A program made the position numbers and the translations under genes. Below the pieces are notes generated by a model, which was not told the origin of the DNA, searched no databases, and saw only the letters and a list, made by a program, of their open reading frames with translations. Positions 10,963 to 21,650 of a stretch of DNA of 64,000 bases are shown piece after piece (within the stretch, counting starts at the first letter, position 1; each line of letters opens with the position of its first letter). This stretch comes from Leptogorgia sarmentosa. Taxonomy: Eukaryota. The stretch lies in contig OZ210885.1 in NCBI GenBank assembly GCA_964658305.1, forward strand, positions 17,112,001 to 17,176,000, in the 5' to 3' direction.

Positions 10963-11082
10963 GTCTACGACCATACCAGTAGGAAAATACCGGCTCTCGT
11001 CTGATCACCGAAGTTAAGCCTAGGTGGGCAAAGTTAGTACTTGGATAGGTGACCACCTGGGAATACTTTGTGTTGTAGACTT
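10963..11082 (+). rRNA. 5S rRNA copy 44
   Basis: Full length. Confidence 0.85.
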
Positions 11083-11291
11083 GCTTCATTTTATTGTATG
11101 TGTGTTTGTAAATAGGTTTGCTTTCAATGTAAACTTCAGGGATTTTGTTATTGCTACATCTGGAAATACTTTGTATCGTTGTTTTGCTAAATTTTATTTA
11201 ATACCTATTTGTAAATATAATTCCTTTCAATTTCAACTTCAGGGTTTTGTTATTGTTACCCGTTTAAAAATTGTAACTGCCATAAACAAAT

Positions 11292-11350
11292 GTCCACGGC
11301 CATACCAGTAGGAAAATACCGGTTCTTGTCTGAATACTTTGTCTGTATGC
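11292..11350 (+). pseudogene. Terminal 5S pseudogene with internal deletion (copy 45)
   Basis: GTCCACGGCCATACC...GTCTGA joined directly to ATACTTTGT; internal promoter (nt ~43-100) deleted. Confidence 0.8.
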
Positions 11351-11673
11351 CGATTGCAACATATTCATATTGTTACACTCCTGCCTCTACAGTTTCAGAG
11401 GTTCCCAGGCTCCTAGCTTCAAACAACTTTTTATTCGGAAAATGTACAAGGAATATCATACCTGTAACGATATTTATATTGTTGACATCACATGTAGGTC
11501 ACGTGATGGAACACAAGGCACTACCATATATTTTTATATATACATGTTTGATATTGTTTGCAGACTAGAGAATTTTCATTAAAATACGAATATCGCAACA
11601 TGGTGTCAGGAGTGGGATCTGAACCAGAGATATAGTTTAGGTATAGTCGGGGTTTATAAACGACAAACAAGCG

Positions 11674-14600
11674 ATGTCAGACACCGAAACGGGCGAAACA
11701 CCGGCCGCCAGCGAATATACCGCCGCCTAAAACACTTGTGTTCGACGACAACGTTGCTACCACCTAGAAGACGTGGAAAAAGGCTTGGAATCGGTTCGAA
11801 ATTGCCACGGGAGTGTACAAGCAAGACGGGGTTGTACGGGTGTCAACTTTATTGAGCATCATAGGCGAAGATGGTGTCAAAACCTTTGATACATTTACAT
11901 GGGGCGAAGGTGAGAGCAAAGACGACATAGCAGATGTCCTGAGGAAGTTTGACGAACACTGCGAACCGCGAACGCAAGTAATCTACGAACGCTATCGATT
12001 CAACAGCCAAAAACAAGAACAAGGTGAGAACTTTTCTACTTATCTGAGAGAATTAAGAACAATCGCACAAAACTGTGATCATGAATCTATTACACCGGAA
12101 GAAATTCTAAGAGATAGACTTGTTTTGGGCGTTAAGGATGACAAAGTACGCGACTATTACGAACAGACGATCTGACACTTAAAAGAGCTGTTGAAATAAT
12201 AAAAGCCGCGGAACAAACGCAACATCAAGTCAAACAAATGACGAGCCCAGAACTGATGGTTAATTCGGTTAAGGACAACAACGACGATGCGCATCTCGAA
12301 AAACGTAATAGACAAGGCGGGTGGGGCAAAAGTCAATCAAAAGGGCCCCCCCCTCCTAACCAATCACAGAATATCTGTGGAAATTGTGGTAGACGACATG
12401 GCAGATGCAATTGCTCAGCGTTTGGCAGGAAATGTCGCAGTGCAGTAAGCCCAATCATTTTGAGAAAATGTGTCGAAGCAAAAATGTGTCAGCTGTCAAA
12501 GAAGAGTCCGACACGGAATCAGAGGACTCATACATAATAAGCGCCATTTCCAAGCATAAAAGGAATAAACAAGCCAAGGCAAAAGTCGGAACAACCAAGC
12601 TGTACATTAACAAACAAGAGTCGGAGAACATTGTTAAAATTCAGATCGACACAGGGGCTCAGTGTAACATCCTTCCGGTCGTGACATACATAAAGGTCAC
12701 AGGTGATACACAATTGCAGTCCATAAAACCATGCGAAAAAGAGATAGTATCATACACTGGAGAGAGACGGAACATAACTGGCAAGGTCACACTTCCTGTA
12801 TGGCACTCGGGTCAAAACAAGTTTATCAAGTTCAACATCATTGCCGGGGACTATCAACCAATTCTGTCACTCGATACCAGCGTAGCCCTGGGAATCGTAA
12901 ACCTCAAACATTGCGACATTCTTTCCCTGGGTATTGATCGTCCGAATGTTATGAGCGAGTACGATGACGTGTTCGATGGGACCTTAGGTAAAATCCCGGA
13001 GACATACAAGATTGTCGTTGACGACTTAGTACAGCCAGTTGTGCACCCGCCACGGAGAGTACCAGTAGCGTTGCACCCTCGTATTAAATCTAAACTTGAC
13101 AAATTGGTCAAACGCCAAGTGATTGTTCCCGTCACCCAGCCAACAAAGTGGGTATCAAGTATGTTAGCTGTTATCAAGCCCAACAAGATCCGTATCTGCA
13201 TAGATCCTCGGGATCTCAACCGTGCCATTCGCAGAGAGCATTACCAATTGCCCACTGTAGAAGAGGTAACCACCCGCTTAGCAGGGGCGAAGAGGTTTAC
13301 AGTTTGCGACGCAAAAGATGGGTTTCATCAAATACAACTTGACGAAGAATCAAGTTTCCTTACCACATTCAACACCCCTTGTGGCCAGTTTCGATGGACG
13401 CGGCTGCCATTTGGGATCTCAAGTGCACCTGAAGTTTGGCAGCGTCGCATGCACGAGTTCGTGGAAGGTCTTGAAGGTGTCGAAGTGATTGCCGACGACT
13501 TTCTCATCGCCGGTTTTGGCAACACGGATGAAGAAGTCAACGCAAGCCTCGATAGGAACGAACGTGTCTTCCTCAAAAAATGTCGGGAATGGAATCTGAA
13601 GCTAAACAGGGACAAACTGAAGCGAGCAGAATCTACAGTGGCATTTATGGGTCACCTCCTCACATCAGAAGGGCTCAAACCAGATCCGGCGAAAGTAGCA
13701 GCAATCCTAGAAATGCCACCACCAACAGATGTTAAAGGAGTCAAACGTTTTTTGGGTATGGTAAACTACTTAGCAAAGTTCCTGCCATTGTTATCCGACA
13801 TGACCCAACCACTACGGAAGCTGGAAGACAAAGATGTTGAATGGTGCTGGTTGGAGCAACACAAGCAAGCGTACAAAACAGTGAAAGAGTATCTCATGAA
13901 AGCCCCTGTGCTTGCTTACTATGACATCAACAAAGAAGTGACAATACAATGTGATGCGAGTGACACTGGACTTGGTGCAGTTTTGCTGCAAGATGAACAG
14001 CCCATTGCGTACGCTTCGAGAGCCCTCACCGAGACGGAGACCAGGTATGCTCAAATTGAAAAGGAGCTACTTGTGATTGTGTGGGCCACCAACAAGTTTG
14101 ACCAATATATACTCGGACGTAACGTCGTTCACATCGAATCTGACCATCAACCTCTCAGGGCAGTCTTCGCAAAACCTATACACAAGTCGCCCAAGCGTTT
14201 GCAACGAATGTTAATGGCATTGCAAAACTACACCCTCGTGATACAATACAAGAAAGGAACATTAATGTATATCGCAGACACGTTAAGTCGCGCTTACAGA
14301 GACACAACCGAGTGGGCTCAACATGACACTAGCCAAGTGCGTGCCCTAGAGGAAATCGATCACAGCGACGGTTTGTCCATATCCCCAAGCCGACTGGAAC
14401 AATTCAAACAAAGCACGGCAGCTGACCCGGTGATGCAAGGCGTCATTACTGCTATCAAAACAGGGTGGACAGAAAATAGAAAGAAATGTCCGCCAGAGCT
14501 CACGCAATTCGACAACAATCGCAGCGAACTCGTCGAAGATAATGGACTAGTCTACCTTGGTGAAAGACTGGTTGTTCCCGCAACGTTGAGAAAGGAAATG

Positions 14601-15667
14601 CTCCACCAGATTCACAGGTCCCACATTGGAGTTGAGGGTTGTCTTCGACGAGCGAGAGAAGTCATATACTGGCAAAGATGAATGCGGAAGTAAAAGATTT
14701 CGTCTCAAAGTGCTCAACATGTCAAACTTACTAGTCAGAACAGTGTCGTGAACCACTACAACCGTATCCAATACCTCTACGGCCATGGTCGGTAGTTGGA
14801 GAAGACCTGTTCCAGCTGGGACAGCAACACTTTCTGATCATTGTCGACTACTGGAGTGGGTTGAAGAATTATCAAAAGTCACCTCAAAGAGCGTCATTAA
14901 TACATCAAAAGTCCAATTTGCACTGCACGGAATTCCGCAAACTGTGATTTCCGATAACGGCCTGCAGGTCGCATCGGTAGAATTCGCGCAGTTCGCACTA
15001 GAATGGCAATTCCATCATCAAACATCAAGTCCGAATTATCCCCAGTCAAACGGACGCGCCGAAAACGCAGTTAAAATGTGTAAAAACCTAATGAAAAAAG
15101 CTAAAGCAAGCGGAGAAGAACCCCTACTAGCGCTGTTGGACTGGAGAAACACCCCCACCGAAGGCATTGGAACATCGCCAGCACAGAGACTAATGGGTCG
15201 ACGCACTCGAACACTGCTACAAAACAATCTCCTGGAAACAGACAAAGGCACCGAAGCTAGACGAAGCTAGAGATTCGCAAAACAAAACAGGGAAAGTGGT
15301 ACAACAAGAAATGTCGAGCACTTGCACCCCTACAGCAAGGAAGCGCCATACGAATGTGACTCCTGGCGGACAAGATACCGACGTAATCGGCATCACCTAC
15401 GTGTAACTAAGGAGATGGCACCACCACCCCCTCTGGTCCCGAATACAGCGACTATCAAAAGGAACCAAGCCAGAGATTGGGTACAAACCAAGCCCGCCAT
15501 GTGAGGAACCAGCCAGCCAGGAGCAAAACGGCGAACACTTGGAAAGCAGTTCAATCTGCAATGACGACCAAAGTGCATGTAACTCAACACAAAACGAAGC
15601 ACTTGCCCGTAGATCTAGTCGATTGAGACGTCCGCCAGCCTGGCACAAGGACTACCTGAGTCATTAA
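11674..15667 (+). pseudogene. gag-pol of element A, broken by stops and frameshifts
   Basis: Gag RYRFNSQKQ..LRDRLVLG and CCHC knuckles; integrase H..H/C..C and SDNG..SNGRAENAV split over several ORFs. Confidence 0.88.
12405..14681 (+). CDS. Pol fragment of element A (protease, RT, RNase H, integrase N-terminus)
   Basis: IDTGAQCN protease; LPFG..IADD RT; CDAS..EKELL..SDH RNase H; premature stop after the integrase His motif. Confidence 0.85.
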   Translation: MQLLSVWQEMSQCSKPNHFEKMCRSKNVSAVKEESDTESEDSYIISAISKHKRNKQAKAKVGTTKLYINKQESENIVKIQIDTGAQCNILPVVTYIKVTGDTQLQSIKPCEKEIVSYTGERRNITGKVTLPVWHSGQNKFIKFNIIAGDYQPILSLDTSVALGIVNLKHCDILSLGIDRPNVMSEYDDVFDGTLGKIPETYKIVVDDLVQPVVHPPRRVPVALHPRIKSKLDKLVKRQVIVPVTQPTKWVSSMLAVIKPNKIRICIDPRDLNRAIRREHYQLPTVEEVTTRLAGAKRFTVCDAKDGFHQIQLDEESSFLTTFNTPCGQFRWTRLPFGISSAPEVWQRRMHEFVEGLEGVEVIADDFLIAGFGNTDEEVNASLDRNERVFLKKCREWNLKLNRDKLKRAESTVAFMGHLLTSEGLKPDPAKVAAILEMPPPTDVKGVKRFLGMVNYLAKFLPLLSDMTQPLRKLEDKDVEWCWLEQHKQAYKTVKEYLMKAPVLAYYDINKEVTIQCDASDTGLGAVLLQDEQPIAYASRALTETETRYAQIEKELLVIVWATNKFDQYILGRNVVHIESDHQPLRAVFAKPIHKSPKRLQRMLMALQNYTLVIQYKKGTLMYIADTLSRAYRDTTEWAQHDTSQVRALEEIDHSDGLSISPSRLEQFKQSTAADPVMQGVITAIKTGWTENRKKCPPELTQFDNNRSELVEDNGLVYLGERLVVPATLRKEMLHQIHRSHIGVEGCLRRAREVIYWQR

Positions 15668-15926
15668 GAAGTTAAACGTAGTTACTTTGCTCTATATACG
15701 TACTTTATTAAGATGATTAACGTTACAATTAATATTGAGAGGAAGATGTAACAATATTTATATCGTTGACATCACGTGTAGGTCACGTGATGGAACACAA
15801 GGCACTTCCATATATTTTTATATATACATGTTTGATATTGTTTGCAGACTAGAGAATTTTCATTAAAATACGAATATCGCAACAATACCATTACACCTAT
15901 TTACTGCACTTATATACATTACCAAC

Positions 15927-17193
15927 AACAGGTGGGAAATTTGTCGGCGCTGACCAAAAAATCGCGGGCACATTGTGTTTACATTCCAAAACATGGCAGA
16001 AAGTTAGCAAACGACTGTTTTAGCTGACGAATTTTTGCTTTTTATTCAAATGATGTCTAACTTAGTGCTTAATCTTTTAAAATCGATCATGAATTCCTTG
16101 TTTTGCGGTGGTTTTTTTCGCAATCGAGTGCGTGGAAGAAGTAAATATGGCGACGTTAAAATAGGACCAAATGAGTGGCAAATACTGTAAATGTCGAGAT
16201 GTGGCTTGTTTAAACCGTAATCAACGAGGAAAACGTGCTATGAGAATGAAATGAAAGTTGAAATTATTCTTTTTATTTCTCAAAATTTGTTTGTTAGTGT
16301 AACTTGTGCGATTTATACTCGAAGTACTAGCTCGCGAAATTTGACGAATTTTGAAAATTTGTGAAAATAGCTTGACTTTGAACTGTATTTTTGTAAAAAT
16401 CGCCGGTGGCCTCAATTTCAAATATAGCTAAATGAAAAGAAACACTTCTTTGGCGTTTAGTGGTACCAAACCTATCAACAGGAAAATAGGGCCTCATGAT
16501 GCTTTAGTTAAGTGTTTGAGATCCACTTGGTCAAATTCTGGCCAAGAATCAAAGGCCCAAAAGTGAATTTACATCATCAAATCTGCTTCGAGAAAGGTCT
16601 AGTTTAAAAATATAGCTTTTAATTTAGATTTCGTGAGCATAATTTGGTTAGAAATGAAATATTTTTGTATTTGATGAAATTCAAAATTTTGTGTTTATTC
16701 AAGTCAGGCTTCAGTGTAATCATAATGATAACCGGCAATGAAATGAAGATATTTCAAAAACTGGCGGTGGCCTCATGATGAAACATTCCAAAAATACTCT
16801 CCACTTCATGTATTTTCTTGTGATACTTTACTTGTAAGCGTCAAAATAGGGCCTTGAACAGGCCCGGGGTTTGTATTTTAGCCTTCGGTAGAAGTGAAAT
16901 CTCACGCCTCATCACAAGTTATTTTGCTCCGCTGTGATTTGTGCTCTGTCGCTGATATTTAAACCTTTACGACATAAATATTGTCATCCTCGTTACGATA
17001 CGAACATTTCACAGAAAATTCTAATTATTGCAGATTAACTTGTGACTGTAAACAGTAGGTAGAAGTATGCCATTCAGAATCGACACAAGATTTGTTTTGA
17101 TTGTTCGTGAAATGTACATTTCTTCTTCACGCAAAATACACGCACGTCTCGTGGGGATTTCCCGCGCATGCTCAGTCAATTTTCCCACCTGTT
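15927..17193. mobile_element. Non-autonomous DNA transposon (MITE), 9-bp TSD ATTACCAAC, inside the 3' LTR of B
   Basis: TIRs AACAGGTGGGAAA / TTTCCCACCTGTT; TSD at 15918-15926 and 17194-17202; the intact LTR at 21703 shows the empty site. A 9-bp TSD suggests MULE; a P-like 7-bp reading is also possible. Confidence 0.88.
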
Positions 17194-17326
17194 ATTACCA
17201 ACTACTTTACATATTTACATAATCATACAAACGTAATCCCTTGTATTGTCAACGCGCCCCCAGGCGCATATTTTAATATACACAACACTACTCCCCTCCC
17301 AAGATTTATCTGTCCCAGATAAAGTT

Positions 17327-18088
17327 TTATGGTTCATATCGCTGAGGAGATTGCCGCCGTCTCGTACTCCTGCGCACAGGGGGGTCCTGCTTAATTGGTC
17401 TGTTTTGTCCTGCTGTTCCTTCTGGAAACAAACTTCCCGCTTTCAGATCTTCAGGTGCTTGACAGCTTTGATCCACAGTTCGGAATGCCCCCTCAGCCTT
17501 CGCAAACCAGTCTAAATTCTCGTTACTGTGATACGCCTTCAGCCGATTAACACGAACAATCTTCGGTTTGGCTCGAGGACTTCTTTGGATACGAACAATC
17601 ACGTCGTTGAGATGATTTACGAAAACGTACGGACCTTCTCATCTTGGTGACAATTTTGGATACTTCCCCTTCTTTCTTTGAGGACTATGGAGCCAAACAC
17701 CGCTGCCCACATCGTACCGAGTGATTACAGCTTTGGTATCATAATGCTGTTTCGTTACCGTGCTGCTCTGCTGCAAATTCTCATGTGCGAACATGTGTAT
17801 CCGATTCAATTTCCCTCCTAAGTTCCGAGCGTAATCAGTTTCGCTAACCAAATTAGGATTGCTTTTCGGCTTTCCGACCCACAATTCGATGGGCACTCTC
17901 ATTTCCCTCCCCAACATCATCTGCGAGGGGGTGACTTTTGTTGTTTCATTCACGGCTGTATGGTATGCCATAAGGAATAGTTGGATGTGGTCATCCCAGT
18001 CGGAATGGTTCTCGTTCACAAACATTGTTAACCCAACTTCTAACGTTAGGGTGTTGTACGAATTTTCTCGATTTGGAAAATAGAACAT
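17327..18088 (-). pseudogene. Frameshifted integrase C-terminus of element B
   Basis: DWDDHIQLFLMAY..TPSQMMLGRE; GPY module with VNRLKAY; stops present. Confidence 0.8.
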
Positions 18089-21000
18089 ATCTCCTGGAAC
18101 AAGGCCGATTCAAAATTTCTCCCTTGATCCGAATGAATTTCCAGTAGGATCCCGAAACGCGAGAAAAATTGGTTGACCAGTACATCCGCAACCGTAGCAG
18201 TTTGCTGATTGGGTAGAGCAAATGCCTCCGGCCACTTAGTGAAGTTGTCCTGCGCCACTAAAATATATTCGTTTCCAGCTTCAGTTTTAGGAAGAGGTCC
18301 TAAGATGTCAATTGCCACCCTTTCCATCGGAGCCCCAACATTATAGACCTGCAAAGGACCACATTCTTTTCGAGATTGTCCCTTCCGTGCGGCGCACTTA
18401 TCACATTTTCTACACCAATCTTGTGCAAATTGTTGCCAATTCATCCAGTAGAACCGTTGATGTACTCTTTCCGCCATTTTCTTTACACCCAGATGCCCTC
18501 CAGTCTTGGAACAATGCAGATGTCTCAAAATTTCATCATAGGTAGACTTGGGTGCCAAGAACAACCCCCTAACCCCCTCGCCATCAACGGTTTCCCATTT
18601 CCGGTACATCAGTCCATCAATTAACTCGAGTGATTCCCACTGCGTCCAGTGCAATTTTGTCAAAGCACTACTTGAGGAAACATCACCCCACACAGGACGC
18701 TCTTCCGACTGCTTCTTCCATCGGATGAGAGGGGAAACATCCGGATTGTCAGCTTGTTTCTTTTCCAAGTCCCTCTTACTCCACATATGAAATATCAACT
18801 TACATTGGACAACACGCGGTGTTTTCTCGGAACAAGGACATTTGCTTGCTATCACTCTCCCAACATGTTGAATCTGCATATTTTGGTTCTTCTCTTCAAC
18901 CCGTATGCAGTACGTGCAACCAGTCTCAGCACAGGGACGACGTGACAACGCGTCCGCATTTCCATGGCTTTTCCCTGCTCGATGCTGGACCTCAAAGTCA
19001 TGTTCTTGCAGTGTTTGTAGCCACCTTGCAATCTGTCCCTCTGGACACCGGAAATTCAATAACCATTGAAGACACGCATGATCTGTCCTCGCGACAAATC
19101 GCCGCCCAGATAGGTAATAGTGGAAATGTTCTATCCCCTTTATCAAAGCCAGAAGTTCTCTTCTTCTCACACAGTAGTTCCGCTCGGCCCGGGTCAATGT
19201 TCTACTGAAGTAAGCGATTACTTTCTCTTGACCTTCTTGTACCTGCAATAAGACAGCACCAATTCCAGAATCGCTTGCATCAGTATCTATAATGAACAGA
19301 CCATTTGGTACTGGGTACCCAAGGATGGGAGTTGACGTAAGTAGGTGCCGAAGTCGTCCAAACGCTTCATCACATTCTGTTGACCAAGTGAACACACTAT
19401 CCTTCTCCGTCAATTTATGTAACGGTCTTGCAATATCAGCAAACGAGTGTATGAACTTCCTGTAGTAAGAGCAAAGCCCCAAAAAGCTCCGTAATTCCTT
19501 CTTGTTTCTTGGCACTGACCACGATAATATTGAGCTGACCTTGCGAGGATCTGTTGCGATACCTTCTTCACTGATCACATGACCAGGGTAGAACACCTGC
19601 TTTTGAAAAAGCTCGCACTTCTTTGGATTTAATTTCAACGTTGCATTCCTAAGACGTGAAAATACATGTCGCAAATTTCCAACAGCACCATCAAAATCCT
19701 TCGCATGAACAATGACATCGTCCAAATACACAAGGCAAATCTTCCAAGATAAACCAGTTAACACCAGGTCCATCAGCCTTTCAAATGTCGCTGGCGTGTT
19801 ACAATGATCGAATGGCATGACTTTGAACTGCCACAAACCAGTCCCAGTTGAAAAAGCAGTCTTCTCTTTGTCTTCATCACGAAGCTCGACCTGCCAATAT
19901 CCACTCTTGAGATCAAGAGTAGAAAACCAGACTGAGCCAGCTACTGCATCTAAGGTGGTATCTATTCTTGGAAGAGGGTACGAATCTTTCTTTGTAACTT
20001 CGTTTAATTTGCGGTAGTCGACACAGAACCGACTGGATCCATCTTTCTTTTTCACTAAGACAATGGGAGACGACCATGGGCTTGTAGATGGTTCAATTAT
20101 GCCTTGATCTGTCATTTTTCTGACTGCTTTCGAGGCTGCATCCATCTTCCCGAGTGGTAGCCATCTTGCTCGTTGACGTATCGGTCTAGCTTGTCCAGTG
20201 TCAATCGTATGTTTCACCTTTGACGTTCTTCCCATATCCATTGGGCCTGATGAGAACACATCAGCATACTCACAAAGCAAGGAATATAACTTTGTCTTTT
20301 GATCACCTTTGAGGTTAACAGAGCTACGGTTAAAAAGATCACGAAGGTGGCTCGGCAATTCGGCTTCAGCTGTTGGACTTTGACTAACAGATGAGACATA
20401 TTCAACTAGTTCGCACTTTGCCACTTCCGGCCCTTTCGAGATTGTTCTACTACAATCTGAAACGTTTACCACCCTTACAGGAAAGCCATCGCTCTTTAAA
20501 TTTACCAAAGTTCTGCCGACCAGGATATCCTGTGGCAATGACCTAGAGACTGCCATTGGTGAGATGCTTCCCCAAGTCTCATCTGTATCGTAAGGATCAT
20601 CCAACGTTCCCACTACCAGCGCTTCACTTTTCGCAGGCACTACGCAGTTTTCCGCAACACGCACTCGACGGCACTGAGGTGTTGATTCCGAACCTGTTTG
20701 TCGCAGCTGAACTTCATCTGTCCCAATTCGGAGACACTTTCCAGGCACATCAACCAAACAACAATTCAACGTCAGGAAATCCAACCCAATAATACATTCG
20801 TTTTCTATATCCGCAACCCAGACCTCATGCTCAAGTTCCGTGCTCCCAATACGGATCCTCAACTTGCCCTTACTTCTGATAGGTGTCATTTCCCTGGTCG
20901 CCGTCTTCACGCTCATATTCACTGGATGTAACGCTAAGTTCGTCTGTCCCCCGGCTCTTCGCAAAACATCAGGTAGACAAATCGTGATATTTGATCCGGT

Positions 21001-21090
21001 ATCAATGATCATTTCGCATGAGTTACCAGCTACTGTACCCATGACCGACAAACTGTTCATGGAACCTCCAGTTATTCTTGTTTTCAGCAC
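18046..21090 (-). CDS. Pol of element B (protease, RT, RNase H, integrase)
   Basis: IDTGS protease; YLDD RT; DTDAS RNase H; HHCC plus IDILGP/HSDQG integrase; frameshift near 18060. Confidence 0.9.
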   Translation of the reverse strand: MLKTRITGGSMNSLSVMGTVAGNSCEMIIDTGSNITICLPDVLRRAGGQTNLALHPVNMSVKTATREMTPIRSKGKLRIRIGSTELEHEVWVADIENECIIGLDFLTLNCCLVDVPGKCLRIGTDEVQLRQTGSESTPQCRRVRVAENCVVPAKSEALVVGTLDDPYDTDETWGSISPMAVSRSLPQDILVGRTLVNLKSDGFPVRVVNVSDCSRTISKGPEVAKCELVEYVSSVSQSPTAEAELPSHLRDLFNRSSVNLKGDQKTKLYSLLCEYADVFSSGPMDMGRTSKVKHTIDTGQARPIRQRARWLPLGKMDAASKAVRKMTDQGIIEPSTSPWSSPIVLVKKKDGSSRFCVDYRKLNEVTKKDSYPLPRIDTTLDAVAGSVWFSTLDLKSGYWQVELRDEDKEKTAFSTGTGLWQFKVMPFDHCNTPATFERLMDLVLTGLSWKICLVYLDDVIVHAKDFDGAVGNLRHVFSRLRNATLKLNPKKCELFQKQVFYPGHVISEEGIATDPRKVSSILSWSVPRNKKELRSFLGLCSYYRKFIHSFADIARPLHKLTEKDSVFTWSTECDEAFGRLRHLLTSTPILGYPVPNGLFIIDTDASDSGIGAVLLQVQEGQEKVIAYFSRTLTRAERNYCVRRRELLALIKGIEHFHYYLSGRRFVARTDHACLQWLLNFRCPEGQIARWLQTLQEHDFEVQHRAGKSHGNADALSRRPCAETGCTYCIRVEEKNQNMQIQHVGRVIASKCPCSEKTPRVVQCKLIFHMWSKRDLEKKQADNPDVSPLIRWKKQSEERPVWGDVSSSSALTKLHWTQWESLELIDGLMYRKWETVDGEGVRGLFLAPKSTYDEILRHLHCSKTGGHLGVKKMAERVHQRFYWMNWQQFAQDWCRKCDKCAARKGQSRKECGPLQVYNVGAPMERVAIDILGPLPKTEAGNEYILVAQDNFTKWPEAFALPNQQTATVADVLVNQFFSRFGILLEIHSDQGRNFESALFQEICSIFQIEKIRTTP

Positions 21091-21146
21091 AACTTCAGGG
21101 GCATTTTCGTTAATTTTCCTAGCTGGCCGACGCCCCGTGGGACCAG

Positions 21147-21650
21147 CTACTTCCCGTTTCCCTGTTGTGCACTGAAACGTCTTTCGCCGCAGCCTTCTTC
21201 TTTATCTCTCAACAATGGACAATTTTTACGAATGTGATCTTTACCTCCGCAATGCCAACACCCATTGCCTTTACAACGCCCTCCACTACTTTCAAAAGCC
21301 ATTTGGATTTCCCTGAGGCATTTCTGCATGGACTCTTCCAACCGGCCCATAACTTGCATCAATTGGACGTTCCCTTTTTCCATCTTCTCCCCTCCTCGGT
21401 TACTCGCACCACCCCCGTCGGTATAAGTGCGTCCTTCTTTTCCTGAACCAGGTTGAGACGCCAAAGTAATTTCTCTTGTGTACCTCGTCCGTTGTTGCCG
21501 AGCTGCCAAATAGAAGGACTCAAACTCCAACGCTAACGTCAGGGCCTCCTGGAGAGTTTTCAGTCGCTCATGCTTCAACTTCAGCCGCATTTCCTCGTCC
21601 GGTAGCGCATCAATGAATTGGTCCCTAGCCATGTTTTTATCAGCCATTTC
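21147..21650 (-). pseudogene. Gag C-terminal remnant of element B
   Basis: ARDQFIDAL..TLQEAL; CWHCGGKDHIRKNC knuckle; begins almost directly after the PBS, so 5' gag appears deleted. Confidence 0.75.

Larger units (their letters stand above)
1..11350 (+). repeat. Tandem 5S rDNA array (45 units of ~226 or ~329 bp), open at the left window edge
   Basis: 120-nt unit GTCTACGACCATACC...GTTGTAGACTT with metazoan 5S motifs (CCGGTTCTCGTCTGATCACCGAAGTTAAGC; GTTAGTACTTGGATGGGTGACC; CTGGGAATAC), a downstream TTTT and a TATA-like TTTAAAAA at about -29..-22. Confidence 0.97.
11463..15884 (+). mobile_element. Ty3/gypsy LTR retrotransposon A (probably Mag-like), inserted in the 3' LTR of B, 5-bp TSD ATACC
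   Basis: 138-bp LTRs 11463-11600 and 15747-15884 with 4 differences by eye; ATACC at 11458-11462 and 15885-15889; PBS TGGTGTCAGGAGTGGGAT (tRNA-Leu CAG 3' end) at 11601-11618; PPT GAGAGGAAGA at 15737-15746. Confidence 0.95.

Noticed and set aside
81..11311. Repeated ~95-aa ORFs (MGKVSTWMGDHLG...)
   Set aside because: Chance GTG-started frames across 5S plus spacer; present only in long units and broken by indels in others
1..11350. CRISPR-like repeat/spacer array
   Set aside because: The repeat is a 120-nt 5S gene, the spacers are themselves repeated, there are no cas genes and the context is eukaryotic
11601..11618. tRNA genes at 11601, 21683 and 44369
   Set aside because: Only 17-18-nt complements of tRNA 3' ends next to LTRs, i.e. 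primer-binding sites
12528..20931. Short antisense ORFs over the pol genes
   Set aside because: Shadow frames of real coding sequence with no motifs of their own
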